Shown one piece after another: positions 28,572 to 37,364 of a stretch of 64,000 nt of DNA. Below the pieces are notes generated by a model. It ran no database searches, was not told the DNA's origin, and worked only from the letters and a program-made list of their open reading frames with translations. Every line of letters starts with the position of its first letter. Position 1 is the first letter of the stretch. The translations under genes were made by a program, and so were the position numbers. The stretch covers positions 56,417 to 120,416 of the forward strand of contig JAPLYL010000008.1 in the NCBI GenBank assembly GCA_026395595.1, written 5' to 3'. The stretch is from Candidatus Parcubacteria bacterium. Lineage in GTDB: Bacteria > Patescibacteriota > Minisyncoccia > Phycocordibacterales > CAIJYI01.

Positions 28572-29543
28572 ATGTTTTGCACAAACTGCGGAAACAAAAC
28601 ATATGCGGAAGATAACTTCTGCGGAAATTGCGGTAAAGCGAACAAGCGTACCAGTGTTTCAGGTGTTGAAAAACCATCTCCTAAAATAGAACCAAGACCG
28701 AGATCTCCAGCGTGTAAAGAACCAGAATATACACCGCCACCTATCCAACCTACTCGTAGTATTAAAGGTGAAGCAAGGGACGAAAAGAAAAAACAGGAAC
28801 GCAAAGAAGAATTGAGAAAGTTATTAGAGAGAGAGCGAGGACGAGAAATTTCCGATCAGGAACTCTTTGATGCAGAACTTTGGCTCACCAACTACGCCAA
28901 TCTGATGTATGACTTTGCCAAAACAGATTTTCAGAGAAAAACAAAGTTAGAAGAAAATCCAAAAGGTTTCCCTCTTGAAGGAAAAGGATATACCTGCGGC
29001 ATCTGTCACAACTCTATCTCAGACGAACAGACATGGTATGACCAAAACGGTCTCAAATGTTTAACCTGCCAGGATGCGTTAGATAAAAATATCATTCCGG
29101 TTTCAGTTATTATTGATCGTGAAAGTTGGTATTCAGTAAGTGATTTTGAAAGTAGTTTCTTTATGAAGCCAAATGCGGTGAGGAGATTCGTAAAAGAGGG
29201 TCTGTTAAAACCACGAATCATTTCAAATGCCTCAGGAAAAACTCACTTCCAATTATTTCTTATCGAAGAGCATGAAGGTATCTTGCCTCCTAAAGAAGTG
29301 ACGAAATGGCCAATGGTTAAATTTAAGAAAAATGGCAAAGTCTACTATCATTCAGAACCGTGGTTTATGCATAAAGATCCTAAAGAAGCTCTGGGAAGTT
29401 ACAAGATATCGGAGTACATGGCGACCCTGAAAGAGAACGAGATAAAGCAGTCATATCCTGATCTAAGCTTTGAAATGCACCTGGGATCAGAGTCTATATT
29501 AAAGATTGATTATATTGATGAAAAGCCAGAAAGTGCCGAGTAG
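28572..29543 (+). CDS. Zinc-ribbon domain hypothetical protein
   Basis: MFCTNCG...FCGNCG and internal CGIC...CLTC. Confidence 0.65.
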   Translation: MFCTNCGNKTYAEDNFCGNCGKANKRTSVSGVEKPSPKIEPRPRSPACKEPEYTPPPIQPTRSIKGEARDEKKKQERKEELRKLLERERGREISDQELFDAELWLTNYANLMYDFAKTDFQRKTKLEENPKGFPLEGKGYTCGICHNSISDEQTWYDQNGLKCLTCQDALDKNIIPVSVIIDRESWYSVSDFESSFFMKPNAVRRFVKEGLLKPRIISNASGKTHFQLFLIEEHEGILPPKEVTKWPMVKFKKNGKVYYHSEPWFMHKDPKEALGSYKISEYMATLKENEIKQSYPDLSFEMHLGSESILKIDYIDEKPESAE

Positions 29544-29667
29544 CGTCTCTTTTGTCTCATTTTCAAAAAAATGAGTATAGTGACCCGAGTGCCTCGACAT
29601 CACAGCCAAAAGTGCGCTAAAATACCCTTACTGGGCTTAGACTCGCTGGTACTTAACCCGAGTGGCC

Positions 29668-30306
29668 CGCCATAAGAAAGAAGTATCGGAAGACCCGAGT
29701 GCCTAAAATATGCAAAAGAAACAAACCACAATTATATTATTTCGAGGTCGCCCAGGCGTTGGAAAAAGCACTATTTCTAACGCATTCGCGAAAAAGGAGA
29801 ATATGCCGGTTCTTAGAAAGGACGATATTTATGATGCCGCCGCAACCTATGTAGAAGACCATGGGATACGAAACAAGATCAGTTACGATTCGCTGTTCAA
29901 GATGCTTGAGTCTAATATATCCTCAGAAACCTCTCTAATTCTTGATTACCCTTTCCAAAGGGACGAAGAGGTCTTAAACCTTCAGAGGTGGTGTAAAGAG
30001 CGAAATTTGCAACTCGTTTCGGTATTGGTGGTTTGTTCTGATCGAGAAATTTGGAAAAGTCGTTTTAATGTTCGTTCACAAAATCCAACGCCAAACCAAC
30101 TCATTACAGATTTAGATGAATTGGAGCGACACTATGGTGATTTAATTCTAAAACCCCTCGAAGATGAAATTGTCATTGACACTGTTGAATCCATCGAAAT
30201 CATCCTAAAACAGTTGGCGACCCGAGTACCCCGGGAGGGCTAGAGAAAAAACTTTGAAATACCCTTATGGTGTCTTGTCCGCCATAGTACTTAACCCGAG
30301 TGGCCC
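29668..30306. mobile_element. Integrative element 2: ~640 bp single-gene cassette
   Basis: Same left-end (29682-29704) and right-end (30219-30309) motifs as element 1; encodes no recombinase. Confidence 0.7.
29710..30243 (+). CDS. P-loop nucleotide kinase-like protein (AAA_33-like)
   Basis: Walker A GRPGVGKST, ILD, R...R lid. Confidence 0.75.
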   Translation: MQKKQTTIILFRGRPGVGKSTISNAFAKKENMPVLRKDDIYDAAATYVEDHGIRNKISYDSLFKMLESNISSETSLILDYPFQRDEEVLNLQRWCKERNLQLVSVLVVCSDREIWKSRFNVRSQNPTPNQLITDLDELERHYGDLILKPLEDEIVIDTVESIEIILKQLATRVPREG

Positions 30307-30312
30307 GCCCGT

Positions 30313-30343
30313 ACAAAAAATAGCCCCGAGGGGCATTTTTTGT
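30313..30343 (+). terminator. Intrinsic terminator (probably the displaced tRNA-Ser terminator)
   Basis: ACAAAAAAT-A-GCCC-CGAG-GGGC-ATTTTTTGT immediately after the last right-end motif. Confidence 0.65.
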
Positions 30344-30347
30344 TGGG

Positions 30348-30484
30348 AAGAGAGGAGCGAGTGCCCTGCGGCACTCGCGCGAGGGATTCGAAGAGGTTGA
30401 GTCTGTCGCAACGAGCCGAGGTCGGCGAAGTGAGACACGAAACCTATACCGCTCCTGTAAGGAGAGAAATTCCCTCCCTCTCCG
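30348..30484 (+). repeat. Structured element ending in a 14-bp copy of the tRNA-Ser 3' end
   Basis: TCCCTCCCTCTCCG at 30471-30484 equals 11509-11522; GAGGGATTCGAA at 30381-30392 is the reverse complement of the T-arm. Confidence 0.7.
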
Positions 30485-30627
30485 TCAGCCCACACACCAA
30501 TGACGAATGTGTGACTCGGCTACCTCATAAATTGTAAATAAAAACAACGACTTTTTCGGTCGCTGTTTTTATTTTTATAAAAATCGGTTCTTCAATAAAG
30601 TCAATTTTTGAGATATAATAAGAACCT

Positions 30628-31095
30628 ATGACTTCGTACAAACACACTCAAATCAGTTACCTGATGATAGTTGTTACGCTTATGGTATTAGCTCTTTTTT
30701 CATGGGCTTATATCACCGCTCGGGCAGAACCGCCATCGGTTGACTCCGGCACAAATCTGCTCGTTACATCGATAATGGCATTCGTTCTGTTTCTTCTTGC
30801 GTCGCTTGTAACACTAACAGCGTCCATTGATGAAAAATATCTTAAGATTAAATTTGGTTATGGAATTTTTAGAAAAAAATTTTCTCTTAATGAAATAGTC
30901 TCAGCAAAGCAAGTAAAGAATCATTGGTATTACGGCTGGGGCATAAAATTCTGGTTATGGCCAAAAATGTGGATATATAATGTTTCCGGTTTTGATGCGA
31001 TTGAAATAACTATGAAGAATGGAAGAATTTATCGTATAGGAACGAATGACCCAAAAATACTTGAGACCGCCATTAAACAAACGATAAAAATTTAG
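30628..31095 (+). CDS. Membrane protein with bacterial PH-like domain
   Basis: Two TM helices, YGWGIK, YRIGTNDP. Confidence 0.65.
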   Translation: MTSYKHTQISYLMIVVTLMVLALFSWAYITARAEPPSVDSGTNLLVTSIMAFVLFLLASLVTLTASIDEKYLKIKFGYGIFRKKFSLNEIVSAKQVKNHWYYGWGIKFWLWPKMWIYNVSGFDAIEITMKNGRIYRIGTNDPKILETAIKQTIKI

Positions 31096-31341
31096 CATTA
31101 CCAGTAAAAACAATAACCACGATGTCATTTTGTAAAAATTGGAAAAGAGAAAATTATCATCCAGGCCAGCTTTTAGTCGGATTTCAAATCTTTCTTTTGG
31201 TTTTAATTATCGTCGGTATCACCCTTATCTTTACGCAAAATCTGTGGGTTCCCAAATTGGTGGAATTCATTTTGCTTCCAAAATAACAAAAACAAGCATA
31301 ACCCCTTCCCAAATCGTTAAAAATGTGTTATTCTTGAAGGA

Positions 31342-32790
31342 ATGTCAAAAAATGAGTCAATACTGCGATTTGAGAAAGTTCGCTTCGGATATTCAGAAAC
31401 CAAACCTCTTCTTGATGAAGTGGATTTTTCTGTGCGTCGCGGAACCAAAACAACCGTCATGGGACAAAATGGCGCAGGCAAAAGTACCCTTTTCAAACTG
31501 ATTACCGGTGAAATTTTCCCAGAAGAAGGAAACATTAACGTCTTCAGTGGAGTTTCTATCGCTGTTTCCCGACAGGTTATTCCTCGCGACCAACTTGACC
31601 TGACCGTCCGAGAATTTTTTGAAAAATCCTTTGACCATAAAGTGTACGATATTGACCCGAAGATAGATGAAATTTTGGAAGTCGTGCACCTTGATGTTCC
31701 CCGCGACCGCATTATGCGTTCTTTTTCCGGCGGACAACAAGCGCGTCTTTTGCTTGCCTCCGCCCTTATCCAAAATCCCGACCTGCTTTTGCTTGATGAG
31801 CCGACCAACAATCTGGATAAAGCCGGCATTGAACATCTCACAAAGTTTTTGAAAGAATATGAGAAAACCGTTATCGTCATTTCGCATGACGCGGGATTTT
31901 TAAACAGTTTTACCGATGGAGTTCTCTATCTTGATGTCTTTACAAAAAAAATAGAGCAATACGTCGGAAACTATTTTGATGTACGCGAACAAATTACCGC
32001 TCGGGTAGAAAAAGAGAATCGCAAGAACGCGCAGCTCGCAAAAGAAATTCAGGCAAACAAAGACAAAGCCAATTTCTTCGCCATGAAGGGCGGCCAGATG
32101 CGTATGGTCGCGAAACGCATGCGTGAAAAAGCGGAAGAAATGGAAGAAGAAAAAGTGGATACCAGAAAAGAAGACAAAACCATACGTCCCTTCATTATTC
32201 CCTCTCAACAAAACATCGGAGGAATCGTTCACATCACCGCTTTCAAAACCTACAAAAACGGCAAAGTGTTTCAAAGAAAAACCGACGTGAAGCTTGGGCG
32301 AAATCAGCATCTCCAGCTTCAAGGACCGAACGGAATAGGCAAAAGCACGCTTCTTGAACTCATTGCTAAAAATGAATCAGAAGGGACAACCATTCCGAAA
32401 GATATCGTCATCGGCTATTATCGCCAAGATTTTTCTACGCTCAATTTTGAGGACACCGCTTACGAATCACTCACCAAAGTCGCCCCGAAAGAAACCGAAG
32501 AAAAAATCCGCAGTATTGCGGCGGGATTTCTGCTTACCGGCAACACGGTTCACACAAAAATCGGAAGTCTTTCCGAAGGACAAAAAGGTCTCGTCGCTTT
32601 CACGCGTTTGGTTTTGCAAAAACCGGGTCTGCTCATACTGGACGAGCCGACCAATCACATCAACTTCCGTCACCTCCCTATCATTGCCGAAGCCCTCAAC
32701 AAATATGACGGCGCCATGATAGTGGTAAGCCACGTCCCCGATTTCGTGGAAAAAATCCGCATTGACGATGTGTTGGATTTAGAGAAATAA
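31342..32790 (+). CDS. ABC-F family ATPase
   Basis: Two ABC domains (GQNGAGKST, FSGGQ, LDEPTNNLD; GPNGIGKST, LDEPTNHI), no TM. Confidence 0.9.
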   Translation: MSKNESILRFEKVRFGYSETKPLLDEVDFSVRRGTKTTVMGQNGAGKSTLFKLITGEIFPEEGNINVFSGVSIAVSRQVIPRDQLDLTVREFFEKSFDHKVYDIDPKIDEILEVVHLDVPRDRIMRSFSGGQQARLLLASALIQNPDLLLLDEPTNNLDKAGIEHLTKFLKEYEKTVIVISHDAGFLNSFTDGVLYLDVFTKKIEQYVGNYFDVREQITARVEKENRKNAQLAKEIQANKDKANFFAMKGGQMRMVAKRMREKAEEMEEEKVDTRKEDKTIRPFIIPSQQNIGGIVHITAFKTYKNGKVFQRKTDVKLGRNQHLQLQGPNGIGKSTLLELIAKNESEGTTIPKDIVIGYYRQDFSTLNFEDTAYESLTKVAPKETEEKIRSIAAGFLLTGNTVHTKIGSLSEGQKGLVAFTRLVLQKPGLLILDEPTNHINFRHLPIIAEALNKYDGAMIVVSHVPDFVEKIRIDDVLDLEK

Positions 32791-32836
32791 AAAAAGTGCC
32801 GGCATTTTGCCGGCGCTGTTTTGTTTTTAGGTCGCG

Positions 32837-33505
32837 TCAAAAAAAAGAAACGACGAGTCCAACAAGCAGAAGAACAAAGAGCATGCAGTCAAAAACGGTG
32901 TGATAGACAATTGATGTCGCAATCGCTCTTGAATGCGCCATGTTTAGATCTTCTCCGCAGTACGGCAGTGTTTCCAGATAGGCTTTCCTGTATTTATACC
33001 CCAGAAAAAATCCGAGAAAAGTTAGAGCGACAGGGGCGGCTAAAGGAATACCAAGCACGAGATGTATCAGCCCGAATTTCACCGATTGCCAAGATACGGC
33101 TCCCCACTCAGTGTGCCCGTAGCGGAAAATTTCTTCTTCCACTTTCACAATAAACGGAGCGAGAAAAATAAGTACAGTAAGCAAGACAACCGGAATACAA
33201 CGAATGAGATAATCGGAAGATTCTGCAAGATCCGTGAAGGGCTTTAATATAATGTTTCCGCCTTCGTGGGCAAAAAAATTCATCCAGCCTATTCGCATGA
33301 ACGGGATGAACACCATCAGAAACATCATGGTTCCTACGACGAGAATGAGAATTCCGAACACCTCCGCAATCATTTTTGGATGAACGCGTTTCCAAATAAA
33401 CGGAATGAAAGAGATATTCGCGAATGCCTCCCTTGCCATACTGACGATAAAATACAGAGAATACGCCAAAGCGATGCCTTTGAGATAAAAAACGGGGTCA
33501 GACAT
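32837..33505 (-). CDS. CPBP (CAAX/Abi) intramembrane metalloprotease
   Basis: EEEIFR, FGLIH, YHTVFD motifs; GAGGAGG RBS. Confidence 0.75.
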   Translation of the reverse strand: MSDPVFYLKGIALAYSLYFIVSMAREAFANISFIPFIWKRVHPKMIAEVFGILILVVGTMMFLMVFIPFMRIGWMNFFAHEGGNIILKPFTDLAESSDYLIRCIPVVLLTVLIFLAPFIVKVEEEIFRYGHTEWGAVSWQSVKFGLIHLVLGIPLAAPVALTFLGFFLGYKYRKAYLETLPYCGEDLNMAHSRAIATSIVYHTVFDCMLFVLLLVGLVVSFF

Positions 33506-33669
33506 GGGTTATGCCTCCTCTGTTGATTTATATGCAAAAAACTTATTCTGGCGTCAGAGTAACATAATTATATAGACAGGGCAAGAAATTCTTGTCCAAA
33601 GAGTAGTGATCTCAAAACAAAAAAAGAAGACGCCATTTGTAAAAAATGACGTCTTTGGTATTCATACCC

Positions 33670-34668
33670 TTATTTTTTTGGAAAACAAATCGATGTAATG
33701 AAGGCGATAACGAGTGCAGACATAATAATGCCAAATGATAACAATGAAGGTATATGAATACCAAATATCACGACAAGCATTTTTATGCCGATGAATACGA
33801 GAATAAAACACAAGGCCTTATTCAAATGATGGAATCTTTCCATAAAACCTTCGACGACAAAGAAGAGTGATCTCATCCCCAAAACCGCAAAAATGTTTGA
33901 TGTAAAAACGATAAACGGATCTTGCGAAATAGCAAAGACCGCAGGAATTGAATCAACGGCAAATATAATGTCGGTTGCTTCTACTAAAAGAACGATTAAA
34001 AAAAGTGACGTGAAAAGAACTTTTCCGTTCTCTTTTACAAAAAACCGACCTTCATGATTATTTGCAGAAAAGGGTAAAAAACGTCGTGCGAATTTTACAA
34101 TCCATTTCTCTTCAAAATTTTCGTCCTCTTCATTTTTCTCTTGCACCAGTTTAATACCACTATAGACAAGAAAAGCACCAAAAATATATAACACCCAGTA
34201 AAATTGACTAATGAGTAATGCTCCGGCTCCGATAAAAATTCCTCGAAAGACAAGAGCTCCCATAATACCGTAGAACAATACACGATGATGATATTTTGCT
34301 TCCAGTGCGAAAAAATTGAAAATCAGGATTAATACAAAAAGATTATCCACTGACAACATTTTTTCAGTTACGTAAGCGGTCACAAACAGAACGGCTGATT
34401 CTTTATCCATATACAGATAAATCAAAACAGCGAATGTGAGAGAAATAGCGACCCAGAAAACTGACTGGTACAAGGCTGATTTAAATTCCATTTTATGGCA
34501 AGTTCGGTTAAAGAAACCAAGATCAATAACCAAAAATAGCAATACGACAATTCCAAAAAGAATGGACAAAACCGTCTGGATACCCAACATTCCAAAAATA
34601 ACCGATATAATGGCTTTAATAGCAAGCGTGGATTCAGAAAGAATAAAAAAGATTGTTTGTATGCCCAT
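33670..34668 (-). CDS. TerC/Alx family membrane protein
   Basis: EKMLSVDNLFV, DIIFAVDSIPA, FTSNIFAVLGMRSLFF. Confidence 0.9.
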   Translation of the reverse strand: MGIQTIFFILSESTLAIKAIISVIFGMLGIQTVLSILFGIVVLLFLVIDLGFFNRTCHKMEFKSALYQSVFWVAISLTFAVLIYLYMDKESAVLFVTAYVTEKMLSVDNLFVLILIFNFFALEAKYHHRVLFYGIMGALVFRGIFIGAGALLISQFYWVLYIFGAFLVYSGIKLVQEKNEEDENFEEKWIVKFARRFLPFSANNHEGRFFVKENGKVLFTSLFLIVLLVEATDIIFAVDSIPAVFAISQDPFIVFTSNIFAVLGMRSLFFVVEGFMERFHHLNKALCFILVFIGIKMLVVIFGIHIPSLLSFGIIMSALVIAFITSICFPKK

Positions 34669-34868
34669 GAGGGGCTCCTTAGCGTTGACGCTAAAATGAG
34701 ATGAAAAACAGGTACTTCTGTTGTTTTTTTAAATGTAAAAGTTCTCTTCAGACCCTTAAAAAGGTCTTTTTTCTGTTGTAGACAATATCATACTTTATAA
34801 TTAATGTCAATAAATTTTCTGAATTTTCTCTTTGTTTTTTTTGAAAAAAATGATAAAATAAACAGCTT

Positions 34869-35666
34869 ATGTCTAGCACTATACTAAATAAAGTCCCCGT
34901 CCCTACACGTTGGAGATTAGCAATAAAAACTCTTCCTTTTATCACTGTAATCATTTTTCTCAAGTTCTGTGTTCACTCTTACGGATATGAATTTTTAACA
35001 CTCAACTCTCTTTTTACCGCGATTATTTCCGCCAACATTTTTCTCATAGGATTTTTAATTTCCGGCACCCTTGTAGATTATAAAGAAAGCGAGAAGTTAC
35101 CGGGAGACTTGTCGTCAAGTTTGGAGGCAATGGCAGATGAAGGAATCATTATTTGGAAAAATAAAAAAAGCCAAGAATCAAAAGATTATTTATTAAAAAT
35201 ATCACAATTCAATAAAGCCCTTATTGATTGGTTTTACAAAAAAGAGCACACGGATACTCTCATGGAAAAGTTACGTTCCTTCAACGAAGATTTTCTCGCT
35301 TTTGAAAACCAAACTCAAGCAAATTTTATCGTCCGAATGAAACAGGAACAAAACAGTATCAGAAAAATGATAAACAGAATTCATACGATCAGAGAAACAT
35401 CTTTTTTGGGTACGGGGTATGCCATCGCCGAAATAATAACTTTTATTCTCGTTATCGGTTTGATTTTCATAAAAATGGATCCGTTTTACGAAAGCATCTT
35501 TTTTATTTCTTTCGTCAGTTTTATATTAATTTATATGATCTATTTCATCAAAGATTTAGATAATCCTTTTGGATACACAGAGGAAGACAGCTTAGTGGAA
35601 AACGTGTCCTTAAAACCGCTCTTGGACAGCCAAAAAAGACTAGAAACATATTACCAAGAAAAGTAA
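34869..35666 (+). CDS. Bestrophin-like membrane protein
   Basis: Four TM helices, DLDNPFG motif. Confidence 0.55.
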   Translation: MSSTILNKVPVPTRWRLAIKTLPFITVIIFLKFCVHSYGYEFLTLNSLFTAIISANIFLIGFLISGTLVDYKESEKLPGDLSSSLEAMADEGIIIWKNKKSQESKDYLLKISQFNKALIDWFYKKEHTDTLMEKLRSFNEDFLAFENQTQANFIVRMKQEQNSIRKMINRIHTIRETSFLGTGYAIAEIITFILVIGLIFIKMDPFYESIFFISFVSFILIYMIYFIKDLDNPFGYTEEDSLVENVSLKPLLDSQKRLETYYQEK

Positions 35667-35765
35667 TGATATCTCCATCGTATTCTCAAGATAAAAAAAC
35701 GACCGAAGAAAGGTTTCTCTTTGGTCGTTTTTTTATTCTCTCACTGTATGTTTTTATCGGTGTTC

Positions 35766-36152
35766 CTACCCCTCTTCATTATTGCAATACGCTATCATAG
35801 CATTCCGAATAAATTCGGCCAACCCCTTCCCCATTTTTTCGTAATGTGATCTGAATCGTTCATCTGAAACATATATATCCGCCAATCCTCGATATATTTG
35901 CAAATTCGGTTCATAAAAAGTACGGAGGTGATGATAATGTCTCGCAATAAGCGCCTGTACTTTTTCACTTTCCGGCGCTTCACCCTCTTTCATACATTCC
36001 GCAATTTCCGCGATTATTTTATCCATATCAAGAGCCGACTGTGCCAGTTCCTCTTTGTTCATTTTTTTCACGCGCTCTTGCGATTGTTTATAGGCTTCGG
36101 TATCACCCCACTTCTCGCGAGTTTCTTCTTCGTGCTTGTTGATGTCGTCCAT
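35766..36152 (-). CDS. Stand-alone TipAS antibiotic-recognition domain protein
   Basis: EKWGDTEAYKQS, GLADIYVSDERF, GLAEFIRNAM; start at MDDINK. Confidence 0.8.
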   Translation of the reverse strand: MDDINKHEEETREKWGDTEAYKQSQERVKKMNKEELAQSALDMDKIIAEIAECMKEGEAPESEKVQALIARHYHHLRTFYEPNLQIYRGLADIYVSDERFRSHYEKMGKGLAEFIRNAMIAYCNNEEG

Positions 36153-36296
36153 ATTTTTATTTTTTGTTAAGAGAACTTTATTATAACAAAGGTTGTCTTT
36201 TTTTTCCCCTCTGATACGATAAAGAGAGGAAGTTACCACAAAAGGCCCACCGTCGTCCTGAGTTTACCGAAGGGCTATGGCGAGGCAAGGAAAAAT

Positions 36297-36653
36297 ATGA
36301 AAACAAAAAAAACAATTTTTGTCGCGCATCCGATCAGCGGAGACATTCAAGGCAACGTGGAAAAAATCCTTAAAATTTGCAAGGAAATCCATAATGAAAC
36401 GACGATACCCGTCGCCCCTTATCTCATGTCTCTCAGATATTTAGACGACAGCGAATCAGAAGAAAGAGATCTCGGCATCGGCGCAAACCTTGAAACATTT
36501 CACAGGGGATATGTTGACGAGTTATGGCTTTTCGGAGACACCGTTTCTCCCGGGATGAAAGAAGAAATTGATCTCGCTCTTTCTCTTGGAATTCCAATTG
36601 TGGCAAAAACAGAAGGAACAAAGAAATCCCTGCAAAATATAATCAGCGAATAG
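36297..36653 (+). CDS. Nucleoside 2-deoxyribosyltransferase-like small protein
   Basis: IFVAHP, DELWLFG..SPGMKEEI..A...GIPI. Confidence 0.6.
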   Translation: MKTKKTIFVAHPISGDIQGNVEKILKICKEIHNETTIPVAPYLMSLRYLDDSESEERDLGIGANLETFHRGYVDELWLFGDTVSPGMKEEIDLALSLGIPIVAKTEGTKKSLQNIISE

Positions 36654-36707
36654 TTTTCAAAAAGCGATGCCATAGCATCGCTTTTTTCTTTTTGATATAC
36701 TATACAG

Positions 36708-37103
36708 ATGAAAACAAGAAACTTTTCAGGAACAATTGTTTTTATCGCCATGGCGTGCATCGCTATTTTGTGGTTTTCAAATATTCCGACGCAAACAGCA
36801 ACGAAAGAAGAGCAAAAACCGCCTGAAATTCTTGTCCCTCCAACAGAAAAACCCACACAGGTAACAACTTCAACCACCACTCCAATAACCCAAACTCCAA
36901 AACCAATATCTTGTCCGCCAAAAACAGGAAAGGAAGGCGAAGTCATGTGTATTGCCATCTACAAACCGGTCTGTGCAGAAGTACAAGTTCAATGCATCAA
37001 AGCCCCCTGTCCGCCGATACCATATACTTTCAGTAACTCCTGCGAAGCCTGCGCAAATCCTTTAGCCAAAGAATATACAGAAGGAGAATGTGTAAAAAAG
37101 TAA
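36708..37103 (+). CDS. Membrane-anchored Cys-rich (Kazal-like) protein
   Basis: TM anchor, Pro/Thr linker, CIAIYKPVC...TFSNSCEAC. Confidence 0.65.
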   Translation: MKTRNFSGTIVFIAMACIAILWFSNIPTQTATKEEQKPPEILVPPTEKPTQVTTSTTTPITQTPKPISCPPKTGKEGEVMCIAIYKPVCAEVQVQCIKAPCPPIPYTFSNSCEACANPLAKEYTEGECVKK

Positions 37104-37364
37104 AACATTATTAACTCTATTATTTTTAATACATACTATGAAACAATCGCAAATTCCACCAATGGATAAAGAAAGAAATGTCCGTCAAAATCAACACGTA
37201 ACCAGAGCTCCGCGAATGGAAATGAGAAGAGAGAAAAAGAAATAAACGAAAAGGAATAAGCAAAAAGCAACAAGAAAAAAGGAGACGGCGACCGTTTCCT
37301 TTTTTCTTGTTTGCTACTCTTTATTCCTGTTCCCCTGCTTTAACATATTTGTTATACTTTTTCT

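Larger units (their letters stand above)
11523..29667. mobile_element. Integrative element 1 (~18 kb defence island) at the tRNA-Ser 3' end
   Basis: Bounded by left-end motif (11535-11557) and right-end motif (29582-29671); carries a large serine recombinase, Xis-like HTH and R-M/defence genes. Confidence 0.8.

Noticed and set aside
29582..30309. CRISPR array suggested by recurring ACCCGAGT repeats
   Set aside because: Irregular spacing, two distinct repeat types and no cas genes; better explained as element ends.
30471..30484. 14-bp tRNA 3' duplicate as the attR of the recombinase island
   Set aside because: The end motifs and displaced terminator place the boundary near 30306; the duplicate belongs to a separate downstream element, though an older attR is not excluded.
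34669..34800. yybP-ykoY manganese riboswitch upstream of the TerC gene
   Set aside because: CGTCAA and AAGACCTT are present but in the wrong order and the GGGGAGUA 5' motif is missing.
36246..36290. Short palindromic repeat similar to 41714-41740 (GGCTATGGC core)
   Set aside because: Too short and degenerate to define boundaries from this window.
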